The notes beneath the pieces are model-generated. The model was not told the DNA's origin, searched no databases, and saw only the letters and a program-made list of their open reading frames with translations. Shown one piece after another: positions 49,711 through 61,851 of a stretch of DNA of 64,000 nucleotides (within the stretch, counting starts at the first letter, position 1; each line of letters starts with the position of its first letter). The DNA is from Novakomyces olei. Lineage: Eukaryota. Where the stretch lies: the NCBI GenBank assembly GCA_016906335.1, contig JADEYG010000007.1:1736001-1800000 (forward strand), written 5' to 3'. Position numbers and translations under genes: made by a program.

Positions 49711-51306
49711 CTATTGCTTTAAATCCACAATATATTTTGAATGGTAAGTTAAGACAAATATTCAAATACCAATTTGCAATATTCAATGTTCAGATTTCAG
49801 AAGTAGCATCGCACATACAGTTGAAGCGCAGAAAAAATAATCGGCAAAAATCCAACATTCCTCTATTTAAGTTGAAGGTCAGTGATATGATAATTTATAA
49901 AATAAAAATAAAATTCACGAAAATCGCCCGCTAAATTAGGTCGACAAGTATCTATCTATTTTCCCCGTATTTTATTTGTAAAGAAAAAGATGAGTGGAAC
50001 GGAACTCTCTAGAGCCATGATTGAAATCAAAAGGCAAGATGAGTACGACTAAAAAATAAATAAATAATAAATAACAGAGTCTGTAAATTCAGAGATAAAC
50101 TAATGCAATTTCAGTAAACCAAAATCATAACGTATACCCAAAAAAAAACTAACACAGAAAAATTCAAGCACAATGCCGATAATTAGTCTGTACAAACCCC
50201 ACAAGTCTCTGATCATCACCCATTCACCGAAACACTTCTTTTCATAAACGTCTTTCGACACAAGCCTTTCAACATTTACTATAAAAAAGATCTCCTTGAT
50301 AATTTAATAGACCCTCCGGGAAGTAGCAGCATGCCTTTTGTCGCCACTGCCCTAGAATGTAACGAAAAAACAATAAGCAATAAAGCAATAAAGCAATAAA
50401 ATAATAAAATAATAAAATAATAAAATAATAAAATAATAAAATAATAAAATAATAAAATAATAAAATAATAAAATAATAAAATAATAAAATAATAAAATAA
50501 AAGATAAATAATAAAATATAAAAAATAAAAAATAAAAATAAAGCAAATGAAACCAAAATAAAACGTTTGAATTTGCACATCCGCAGGTAAACAATGCAGC
50601 TTCAAAAGACAAGAATGATAGAACAAACCAAATCAAAGTACAATAAAAAACCGCCAAAATCGACCAGACGGAAACAAAAGCGACAATAATGAAACATCTC
50701 TTTTAGAGCAATGTTATTTTTTCTGTCTTAAGTTTTAGACAGTTTCTTCATATAAAAATTTTAGGAATTTTTGTTTTTTAAGCCCGCCAAAATCAAGAAC
50801 GACAAACACGAATAGTAAAATGCCAACATTAGATGTAAAACCATTTTAAATAGAAATCTATGTATTTGACTTAATTTAGTGTAAATGCAAGAGATGATAA
50901 ACGAAAACCATTAACCATTGAGCAAAAAAATAATATGCATGCACACATTCAAGGCAAAAAAAAGCTTGTCACTGTTCGCTAAATCTTGATGAAAAGCAAA
51001 CTTTCCATCATAGCTCTATCACGGAGAATCCAGTCAATTGGTTGATCTGGGTCGCCAATCAAACTAGCCCAGCTGATCTGTCGCAGCTCTGCGTATCAGA
51101 GTGCAAAATAGAGTACAAAGTATACAATGAGCTTTTAAACAATCGTTCTCGTTATAATTGTAGCAAAAAGGAACTACTATTACATAATCGTATTTACTTA
51201 TCACAAAGACTATGCAATCGGGGTTTAGTGCCATTACAAAAGAATGCTTATACAAATTAATGCCACGCCATTTTCAAACCATTTTCACTCTGGTCCATCT
51301 TTGCTC

Positions 51307-51960
51307 CTACTCGTCTTCATCATCGCTAGCAATGATCCGGCGTCGTTTAGATTTCGGGTCATCCACCGTATTCTGTGCAGCCGGATCTGGGCCAGCTTGA
51401 GCTACTTGTGAAGAGCTTTGCGCTTTCTGTCTATCGGCAGCGATGTCTTCCGACTCGGTAGACTCTGCTTCCTCTTCCTCTTCTTCTTCTTCAGATTCGC
51501 TTTCATCAGAGACTCGAATTGCAGATTTTCCTTTGTAAAGCTCGTTGCCCTGCTGTTTAATCTTCCGCAGCCGCTCCATTCGCTCTTTTTCTTTTCGCTC
51601 CTCTTCTTCCTCATCAACCACAAAACCAGAATCATCTTCATCCTCATATCTGTCATAATTTTTGTCTCTTGTATTCCGTGAAGAGAATCCATAACCTGTA
51701 AGCTCGTCGTCCTCTGCCATCTGATATTTCATCTTTTGTGCCCGTCGCTGAGTTTCGAGCTTCCTCTTTGCACGTAATTGTTCCGTTTCGAGCTATGGAT
51801 GTTTAGGAAATGTATGAAAGAGATATGAATCGAGAAAGGTTTCATCTTCTCTGGATCTTGCTGCGTAGCAAAGTCCTTAACCTTCGCTGGGGTATTGCGT
51901 TGCAGTCCGCTTTCTTTGACTTTCTTAAAGGCCAACATCGATGTTTTAAGGGGAATTTAA
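51307..51960 (-). pseudogene. 3' fragment of a Leo1-like (PAF1 complex) gene
   Basis: KVKDFATQQDPEKMK, then after a CATAG acceptor LETEQLRAKRKLETQRR..EDEDDSGFVVDEEEEE..KRRRIIASDDEDE; no 5' part, abuts repeat DNA at ~51980. Confidence 0.55.
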
Positions 51961-51989
51961 ACATGTTGTCCGTAAACCCATCTGTGAAA

Positions 51990-53280
51990 AGAAGCATCTC
52001 CGTGATAAGATAAGAGACCCCCTCCGGGCAGCAGCAACATGCCTTTTGTCGCCGCTGCCCTCCCTGTGTAAAAGTAGAATGCAACGACAAAACAAACAAA
52101 TGAACCAAAAATATAAGAAAAATTAAAGCAAATGAAATTAAAACAAAATCATCGAAACTGCACATCCACAGGTAAAATAATGCAGGCTCAAGAAGGCTTT
52201 GATGATAAAACAAGGCGCCAAAAAAGAATAAGAAAATCCAAACAAAATGCCCATAATGCCGCCAAAAACCGCACAGACGACATCAAATAACACAAGTTTT
52301 CGGTACATTGCATATATAAAGATATATTTTGTTTTTTGGTTAGCATCTGTTACACAAATTTATGAGTTTTTAGGAAATCCACTACGTGAATCAAGAACGA
52401 CAAAATAGAAACGGTAAAAATACAAAGCATACAAAATTAATGTCAAAAAGAAACCTAACGTACTTGACTTCCATCCGTGGTAGAAAGTAAATGCACGACA
52501 CAATAAGTGCAAGCCATTAACCATTGAGCAAAGAAATAGCCTAGACGGAGACAATCAAGCAAACAGTGGTACGCATGCAAATAAACAAGCAGACTGTTTT
52601 CACCAGAGTTGGCGGAACCCACGTTTTCTATCATGGCTCTACCACGGAGATACTTCTTTTCACAGATGTCGACGAAAATACTGTATTTTCCGACATCTAT
52701 GATAAGAAGGATCTCCGTGATAAGATAAGAGACCCCTCCGGGCAGCAGCAACATGCCTTTTGTCGCCGCTGCCCTCCCTGTGTAAAAGTAGAATGCAACG
52801 ACAAAACAAACAAATGAACCAAAAATATAAGAAAAATTAAAGCAAATGAAATTAAAACAAAATCATTGAAACTGCACATCCACAGGTAAAATAATGCAGG
52901 CTCAAGAAGGCCTTGATGATAAAGCAAGGCGCCAAAAAAGAATAAGAAAATCCAAACAAAATGCCCATAATGCCGCCAAAAACCGCACAGACGACATCAA
53001 ATAACACAAGTTTTCGGTACATTGCATATATAAAGATATATTTTGTTTTTTGGTTAGCATCTGTTACACAAATTTATGAGTTTTTAGGAAATCCACTACG
53101 TGAATCAAGAACGACAAAATAGAAACGGTAAAAATACAAAGCATACAAAATTAATGTCAAAAAGAAACCTAACGTACTTGACTTCCATCCGTGGTAGAAA
53201 GTAAATGCACGACACAATAAGTGCAAGCCAGTAACATTTGAACAAAGAAATAGCCTAGACGGAGGCAATCAAGCAAGCAA
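51990..53280. repeat. Direct tandem duplication, period ~714 bp
   Basis: CGTGATAAGATAAGAGACCCC at 52001 and 52716; ACTACGTGAATCAAG at 52381 and 53095. Confidence 0.92.
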
Positions 53281-53423
53281 GCAAAGAAACAAACAAAGAG
53301 ACAAACAAAACTTACCAGTTTTTGTGAGTACAAAATTTATGATAATAGCTCTACCGCCGAAGACACACATTATCTCAATGATGTCAAAGAAAAAAATCCG
53401 CTTGACAACACAAGATACCACTC

Positions 53424-53770
53424 CAACAAACAAACAAACAAACAAACAAACAAACAAACAAACAAACAAACAAACAAACAAACAAACAAACAAACAAACA
53501 AACAAACAAACAAACAAACAAACAAACATCCAACCAACCCAACATCCAACCAACCCAACATCCAACCAACCCAACATCCAACCAACCCAACATCCAACCA
53601 ACCCAACATCCAACCAACCCAACATCCAACCAACCCAACATCCAACCAACCCAACATCCAACCAACCCAACATCCAACCAAACATCCAACCAAACATCCA
53701 ACCAAACATCCAACCAAACATCCAACCAAACATCCAACCAAACATCCAACCAAACATCCAATCCAAACAT
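53424..53770. repeat. Compound microsatellite (CAAA)n with CCAACCCAACAT/CCAAACAT-type units
   Basis: Visible tandem tracts. Confidence 0.9.
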
Positions 53771-54019
53771 TTGGTCAAGTCTTTTGAGTTTTTTTTTTTG
53801 TTTTTTTTTTGTTTTTTTTTTGTTTTTTTATTCAAATTCAAATTCAAAATTCAAAATTTAAAATTAAAATTAAATTGTTTTGCTTTTGTTTTTTTCTTTC
53901 TTTTGTTCTTCTGTTGTTTTATGTGATGAATGGAAGAAGGTTCACTGTTCCGTTAGAAAAATTCGTAAAATAAAAAAACAACTCCAAAAGACTTACGCAG
54001 GATGCTTAGGCGGCTCAAA

Positions 54020-55289
54020 TTTTTTAATCAAGCATCCAACCAAAAAATTAATCCAGTTCTTCAGTTGAAAGTTTTTTGTTTTTTAACTATATAAATTCTT
54101 CATTCGTTCATTCTTTCATTCATTCATTCTTTCTTTCTTGTTCATTCTTTCTTTTCTCATTCTTCTTTTTTTGTGAAAAATGCCTTCGGCATAATCAAAT
54201 AGTGCTGGATAAACCGCACGCGCTTGAAATAGATTTAAGTAGGCGGATATGCTCTAACCTGAGCAGCTCAAATCTTTTAATCAAGCATCCAACCAAACAA
54301 TTAATCCATTGGTCGAAATTTGTTGATTTTTTAACTTTAAGTTGAGTTCAAATTCTTCTTTCATTCATTTTTCTTTCTTGTTCTTTCATTTTTCTTGTTC
54401 ATTCTTTCTTTTTTCTTTCTTGTTCATTCTTTCTTTTTTCTCTTTCTTCTTTTTTTGTGATAAATGCCTTCGGCATAATCAAATAGTGCTGGATAAACCG
54501 CACGCACTTGAAATAGATTTGAGTAGGCGGATATGCTCTAACCTGAGCAGCTCAAATCTTTTAATCAAGCATCCAACCAAACAATTAATCCAATTCTTTG
54601 GTCGAAATTTGTTGATTTTTTAACTTTAAGTTGAGTTCAAATTCTTCTTTCATTCATTCATTCTTTCTTTCATTTTTCTTTCTTGTTCTTTCATTTTTCT
54701 TTCTTGTTCATTCTTTCTTTTTTCTTTCTTGTTCATTCTTTCTTTTTTCTCTTTCTTCTTTTTTTGTGATAAATGCCTTCGGCATAATCAAATAGTGCTG
54801 GATAAACCGCACGCACTTGAAATAGATTTGAGTAGGCGGATATGCTCTAACCTGAGCAGCTCAAATCTTTTAATCAAGCATCCAACCAAACAATTAATCC
54901 AATTCTTTGGTCGAAATTTGTTGATTTTTTAACTTTAAGTTGAGTTCAAATTCTTCTTTCATTCATTCATTCTTTCTTTCATTTTTCTTTCTTGTTCTTT
55001 CATTTTTCTTTCTTGTTCATTCTTTCTTTTTTCTTTCTTGTTCATTCTTTCTTTTTTCTCTTTCTTCTTTTTTTGTGATAAATGCCTTCGGCATAATCAA
55101 AGTGCTGGATAAACCGCACGCGCTTGAAATAGATTTGAGTAGGCGGATATGCTCTAACCTGAGCAGCTCAAATCTTTTAATCAAGCATCCAACCAAACAA
55201 TTAATCCAATTCTTTGGTCGAAATTTGTTGATTTTTTAACTTTTAGTTGAGTCCAAATTCTTCGTTCATTCATTCATTCATTCATTCAT

Positions 55290-55369
<80 letters not shown>

Positions 55370-55520
55370 TCATTTTTCTTTCTTGTTCTTTCATTTTTCT
55401 TTCTTGTTCATTCTTTCTTTTTCCTCATTCTTCTTTTTTTGTGATAAATGCCTTCGGCATAATCAAAGTGCTGGATAAACCGCACGCGCTTGAAATAGAT
55501 TTGAGTAGACGGATATGCTC
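54020..55520. repeat. Five tandem copies of a ~280-365-bp unit with variable TTTC tract
   Basis: AAATGCCTTCGGCATAATCAAA..GTGCTGGATAAACCGCACGC recurs near 54178, 54462, 54771, 55081 and 55446. Confidence 0.9.
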
Positions 55521-56289
55521 TAGTCTTCCGTAATTTAAATTATTTTTAAGCCAGGTCTCCTCGCCTTTTTTGCGCGTCATCTCCATCTCGGTATCCGGCG
55601 CCAGGGCCAGGTTTCAAAGTATTGCCGCACTGAAAGTGACCGCGAGTATTAGTATTGGTCGAACTCATCGCCCCGGCCAAATCCAAAATTGAAGCCGCGT
55701 ATTATTTAAATGAAAAATAATTCCAAATAATTCCAAAATAATTCAAATAATTCAAATAATTCAAATGACCAAAGTAACCAAAATAATTCAAATAATTGAA
55801 GAAGTTGGAAGTGCACATTTACAAAAAATTTAATAATGTAAATTCACGAAAAAGAAAACCACACAACCCCCCCTAAGATAGAAAAATGAATAATGAGACT
55901 GCCCAAACTGAACAAACGAAAATTAATTCGACAACTGATATATTTGATTGACTTCATTTCAATCCCTAGTTGATGTTGAACGCGAGAGACAATAGAGACA
56001 AGTCAGTAATCATTGAACCAAGAAAGAAGTGCACACAGGAAAGCAAGCAAACAATCAAGCATCCAAACAATGCATCAATCAATCTATCAATCACTTAATC
56101 AAGCAATCAAATGAGTCTTTTCGTTCAATCTTATTGTTCCTTTAGAATTTTAGGTTAATTCCAAAACTTAGTCCCCTTTTTTTTGGTTTCGTTTTAGACT
56201 TCTCATGGGTATTTGTGACGAGTCAAAAGCTTTCTGTAAAATTAGTCAAAATAGCATAAAGGAATAGCTCGAAGTGACGCACGTATGAT

Positions 56290-59200
56290 GTTTAGGCGGA
56301 GGCAAACGCACATAGTCGAGGAATATATAGTCGACTTTCGACTTGAATATTTTGCGTGTAATAAAATGCCTCCGCTGGATGTAAGCTTGAATAGGCTCAT
56401 GTCTTTGGCCTTCATGCGGAGGCAAACGCACATAGTCGAGGAATATATAGTCGACTTTCGACTTGAATATTTTGCGTGTAATAAAATGCCTCCGCTGGAT
56501 GTAAGCTTGAATAGGCTCATGTCTTTGGCCTTCATGCGGAGGCAAACGCACATAGTCGAGGAATATATAGTCGACTTTCGACTTGAATATTTTGCGTGTA
56601 ATAAAATGCCTCCGCTGGATGTAAGCTTGAATAGGCTCATGTCTTTGGCCTTCATGCGGAGACAAACGCTCATAGTCGAGGACTGTAAAGTTAGCAAAAA
56701 CATCATAAAATAACGCATAGAGACTTACATCGGGCGCTTAGGCGGAGGCAAACGCTCATAGTCGAGGAATATATATTCGACTTTCGACTTGAATATTTTG
56801 CGTGTAATAAAATGCCTCCGCTGGATGTAAGATTGAATAGGCTCATGTCTTTGGCCTTCATGCGGAGACAAACGCTCATAGTCGAGGAATATATAGTCGA
56901 CTTTCGACTTGAATATTTTGCGTGTAATAAAATGCCTCCGCTGGATGTAAGCTTGATTAGGCTCTTGTCTTTGGCCTTCATGCGGAGGCAAACGCACATA
57001 GTCGAGGAATATATAGTCGACTTTCGACTTGAATATTTTGCGTGTAATAAAATGCCTCCGCTGGATGTAAGCTTGAATAGGCTCATGTCTTTGGCCTTCA
57101 TGCGGAGGCAAACGCTCATAGTCGAGGAATATATAGTCGACTTTCGACTTGAATATTTTGCGTGTAATAAAATGCCTCCGCTGGATGTAAGCTTGAATAG
57201 GCTCATGTCTTTGGCCTTCATGCGGAGACAAACGCTCATAGTCGAGGAATGTAAAGTTAGCAAAAACATCATAAAATAACGCATAGAGACTTACATCGGG
57301 CGCTTAGGCGGAGGCAAACGCTCATAGTCGAGGAATATATATTCGACTTTCGACTTGAATATTTTGCGTGTAATAAAATGCCTCCGCTGGATGTAAGCTT
57401 GAATAGGCTCATGTCTTTGGCCTTCATGCGGAGGCAAACGCTCATAGTCGAGGAATATATAGTCGACTTTCGACTTGAATATTTTGCGTGTAATAAAATG
57501 CCTCCGCTGGATGTAAGCTTGATTAGGCTCTTGTCTTTGGCCTTCATGCGGAGGCAAACGCACATAGTCGAGGAATATATAGTCGACTTTCGACTTGAAT
57601 ATTTTGCGTGTAATAAAATGCCTCCGCGGATGTAAGCTTGAATAGGCTCATGTCTTTGGCCTTCATGCGGAGGCAAACGCTCATAGTCGAGGAATATATA
57701 GTCGACTTTCGACTTGAATATTTTGCGTGTAATAAAATGCCTCCGCTGGATGTAAGCTTGAATAGGCTCATGTCTTTGGCCTTCATGCGGAGACAAACGC
57801 TCATAGTCGAGGACTGTAAAGTTAGCAAAAACATCATAAAATAACGCATAGAGACTTACATCGGGCGCTTAGGCGGAGGCAAACGCTCATAGTCGAGGAA
57901 TATATATTCGACTTTCGACTTGAATATTTTGCGTGTAATAAAATGCCTCCGCTGGATGTAAGATTGAATAGGCTCATGTCTTTGGCCTTCATGCGGAGAC
58001 AAACGCTCATAGTCGAGGAATATATAGTCGACTTTCGACTTGAATATTTTGCGTGTAATAAAATGCCTCCGCTGGATGTAAGCTTGATTAGGCTCTTGTC
58101 TTTGGCCTTCATGCGGAGGCAAACGCACATAGTCGAGGAATATATAGTCGACTTTCGACTTGAATATTTTGCGTGTAATAAAATGCCTCCGCTGGATGTA
58201 AGCTTGAATAGGCTCATGTCTTTGGCCTTCATGCGGAGGCAAACGCTCATAGTCGAGGAATATATAGTCGACTTTCGACTTGAATATTTTGCGTGTAATA
58301 AAATGCCTCCGCTGGATGTAAGCTTGAATAGGCTCATGTCTTTGGCCTTCATGCGGAGGCAAACGCTCATAGTCGAGGAATATATAGTCGACTTTCGACT
58401 TGAATATTTTGCGTGTAATAAAATGCCTCCGCTGGATGTAAGCTTGATTAGGCTCTTGTCTTTGGCCTTCATGCGGAGGCAAACGCACATAGTCGAGGAA
58501 TATATAGTCGACTTTCGACTTGAATATTTTGCGTGTAATAAAATGCCTCCGCTGGATGTAAGCTTGAATAGGCTCATGTCTTTGGCCTTCATGCGGAGGC
58601 AAACGCTCATAGTCGAGGAATATATAGTCGACTTTCGACTTGAATATTTTGCGTGTAATAAAATGCCTCCGCTGGATGTAAGCTTGAATAGGCTCATGTC
58701 TTTGGCCTTCATGCGGAGGCAAACGCTCATAGTCGAGGAATATATAGTCGACTTTCGACTTGAATATTTTGCGTGTAATAAAATGCCTCCGCTGGATGTA
58801 AGCTTGAATAGGCTCATGTCTTTGGCCTTCATGCGGAGGCAAACGCTCATAGTCGAGGAATATATAGTCGACTTTCGACTTGAATATTTTGCGTGTAATA
58901 AAATGCCTCCGCTGGATGTAAGCTTGATTAGGCTCTTGTCTTTGGCCTTCATGCGGAGGCAAACGCACATAGTCGAGGAATATATAGTCGACTTTCGACT
59001 TGAATATTTTGCGTGTAATAAAATGCCTCCGCTGGATGTAAGCTTGAATAGGCTCATGTCTTTGGCCTTCATGCGGAGGCAAACGCTCATAGTCGAGGAA
59101 TATATAGTCGACTTTCGACTTGAATATTTTGCGTGTAATAAAATGCCTCCGCTGGATGTAAGCTTGATTAGGCTCTTGTCTTTGGCCTTCATGCGGAGGC

Positions 59201-59410
59201 AAACGCTCATAGTCGAGGAATATATAGTCGACTTTCGACTTGAATATTTTGCGTGTAATAAAATGCCTCCGCTGGATGTAAGCTTGATTAGGCTCTTGTC
59301 TTTGGCCTTCATGCGGAGGCAAACGCTCATAGTCGAGGACTGTAAAGTTAGCAAAAACATCATAAAATAACGCATAGAGACTTACATCGGGCGCTTAGGC
59401 GGAGGCAAAC
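56290..59410. repeat. 120-bp tandem satellite (~23 units) in four blocks separated by an 86-bp intron-containing spacer
   Basis: Exact 120-bp periodicity; spacer starts at 56681, 57247, 57812 and 59338 (spacings 566, 565, 1526 = 4x120+86, one 1-bp deletion, 12x120+86). Confidence 0.95.
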
Positions 59411-60968
59411 AATTTAAGTCCAGGAACATGTACTCTGCCTCCGACTTGATTAGTTTGCGTGTAACAAATCGCAGGCGCTGGTAATACACTTTTTTGGGCT
59501 TATTGTCTTTGGCCTTTTGCAAATCAAATTTGTACGACGCCAGGCCTCCTCGCCTTTTTTGCGCACCGTCTTTATCGCTATATCCGGCGCCGGGGCCACG
59601 CTCCAAAGTATCGGCCCACTGAATCCGTCCCGGCCGTTTCTGGGGACGGTATGAGTACTGGTCAAACTCATCGCCGGGGCCAAAGTCAAAGGTAAAACCG
59701 CAGTTTTCTTTCAAGCTCAGCGCGTATAGTCGGAGCTCTTTTGAGCGAGCGCAAAGTTGTGACCACGTGTTGAGTCGTTGTCCTTCAATTACCGCGGCAT
59801 AACGGAGGCGGTAAACGTTCACCATTTTTGAGTTTTGCACGGTATTGTCTCGTGTTATTTGAAACAGCGCGAAGACGTTCCCGTTCAAGGCTGATATGTT
59901 AGAATTGTAAAGCTACAAAAACAAAAAGAAAATAACAAACACACGAAAATTCAAAAAAAACTCACCAATCTGCTCGGCTTCCTTGACCTGCTCGTAAAAC
60001 TCGGGCCCAGAAGACAGCTCGGTATGGAAAAAAGGAAACGGAATCGGCCTGTCAAAATAGACTGGCTCCCGGTCCGTATGTAGAGAGTAATATTGAATGA
60101 TCAGCTTGTTGGTAGCAGGAATAGACGCTGCACACGGCCTTTGAAGCATCTGGCCGTTAAAAATCTGAAACGCTTGCTCGCGTGAAGCATTCAATTTTGC
60201 CTCCTCGGCGATTTTCTGAGCTCGCTTCGCCTCCTCATCCTCGAGAGCCTGCCTCTGAGCTTGCTTTTGGGCGTGCATTTCAGCATCAGCCTTGCGAGCT
60301 AAAAATCGGGTCAAAGCGGCGTTTCTTTGCTCCCAGAGAGAGGCCATCCTGGCTTTTGCAGCCTCAGCCTCCCTAGCCTTTGCCTCCTCAATCCTGGCCG
60401 CCTTTGCCGCCTCAATCCTGGTCGCCTCAACCCTGGCCGCCTCAATCCTGGCCGCCTTTGCCTCCTCAATCCTGGCCGCCTTTGCCGCCTCAATCTTGGC
60501 CGCCTCAATCCTGGCCGCCTCAATCCTGGCCGCCTCAATCCTGGCCGCCTTTGCCGCCTCAATCCTGGCCGCCTTTGCCGCCTCAATCCTGGCCGCCTCA
60601 ATCCTGGCCGCCTCAATCCTGACCGCCTCAGTCTCCCTGGCCTTTGCGACACCCATGGCTTTTGCCACCTCTACGGCCTTTGCAATTTCGATCCTTGCCT
60701 TTGCAGCCTTAGCCTCCTTGGCCCTTGCAACCTCAGCCTCCCTGGCCCTTGCAGCCTCGGCGTTCAATAGGCTAAGTTCAGCCTGAAACTCGGCAATCGA
60801 CTTCTGCTCGGCTATACGATCGAATTCCTGGACTGCCTTGCACACCCGCAAGGCAGCCGTAGCGAGAGACTTGGCAACGTCGATGATATACTTACCTTTC
60901 TGCTGAATTAAAATTAGTATAAAAAACAAGGGAACAAAAGCCATCAATAGGCAGCCGTAGCAGAACAT
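59386..60968 (-). CDS. Uncharacterised protein: N-terminal hydrophobic segment, EAARI/EAAKAARI coiled-coil repeats, C-terminal globular region; intron 59891-59965
   Basis: ORFs 59913-60968 and 59382-59888 join in frame (EQIA-LNGNVF) across a GTGAGT..CTAAC..CAG intron; a second intron at 59340-59385 follows. Confidence 0.7.
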
Positions 60969-61851
60969 CTTGGTTCGAAAAAAGCTTTGTGGACAATCAG
61001 CACAGATCTCTTCGCAAAAGGACTCCAGTGTTTGGTTTCCTGTGGGTGCGCTCTGCGGGGCGACGCGATTTTATAAGTGAATCTTTTGATTACAGCGTAA
61101 ACAAGTAAACATCCTATTTGGTCTACGGTTGCTATCTCAAACCATTCAGGTAACTGATCCTAATTAAACTCGGCCAATTGCAATTTCCACGTCATCGCAA
61201 ATTAGAAACTCTTTGTTTTAGGAAACTGCCTGGCGATCAAAAAGGTTCTTGTCTCGGCTAGCCTCTCCATCTTTGCACATGTTGGAGCAACGGCGTCGAA
61301 TGATTTGGCTTTTTTTTCTTCTTTAGTTATACGCCTTTGTCGCGCTTTTGGCTATTTAAGATATTTGATTGGCCATCACGCGTATTGAGACTTTTTATGG
61401 TTTTTTTTTGTGGTCACGTGATCGCGTAGCCTTAACAATAGATGATCGGCCCTTGATTTCTTTCCCTGCACGTTAATTACTTGGCTACGCGCATCAATTT
61501 GATTTTTATTCACTGCACGAGAAAGCGCTATTCGGATACAGTTTGGGCGAAGTTTGAAATTCTAGATCTTGTGAATAGAGTATACAAATGCGCGATGGAA
61601 ATCTTGCTGCTGCATATTGAAATATATATATATATATATCATTATTATGACTATATCATACGAGATGAATCTGATCGTCAATATAATTTTGGCTATTAAA
61701 GATGAAAGTTTACGTGCAAATTGTGTCGGCAATACACACCAAGAGAAGAGGAATCTACATTGAAAAAACAATGATCAAAATCAAATATCGATCATAACAA
61801 CAAAATTATTTGTATTTTATTTATTACTAATTCAATGGGAAATTTAAATTT

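Larger units (their letters stand above)
50090..60968 (-). repeat. Right, inverted and internally expanded copy (or copies) of the repeat at 10163-14310
   Basis: Reverse-complement homology blocks; contains a 714-bp duplication, five ~300-bp units, the 120-bp satellite and the repeat-protein gene. Confidence 0.85.

Noticed and set aside
41945-51960. Functional cluster of chromatin genes (Iec3, ISWI, Leo1 fragment)
   Set aside because: Unrelated genes are interspersed and there is no evidence of co-regulation; probably coincidental
56290-59410. CRISPR-like array, or the 475-513 aa ORFs across the 120-bp repeats taken as genes
   Set aside because: There are no unique spacers or cas genes and the context is eukaryotic; the long ORFs follow from a stop-free unit whose length is a multiple of 3, and canonical splicing leads to an early stop
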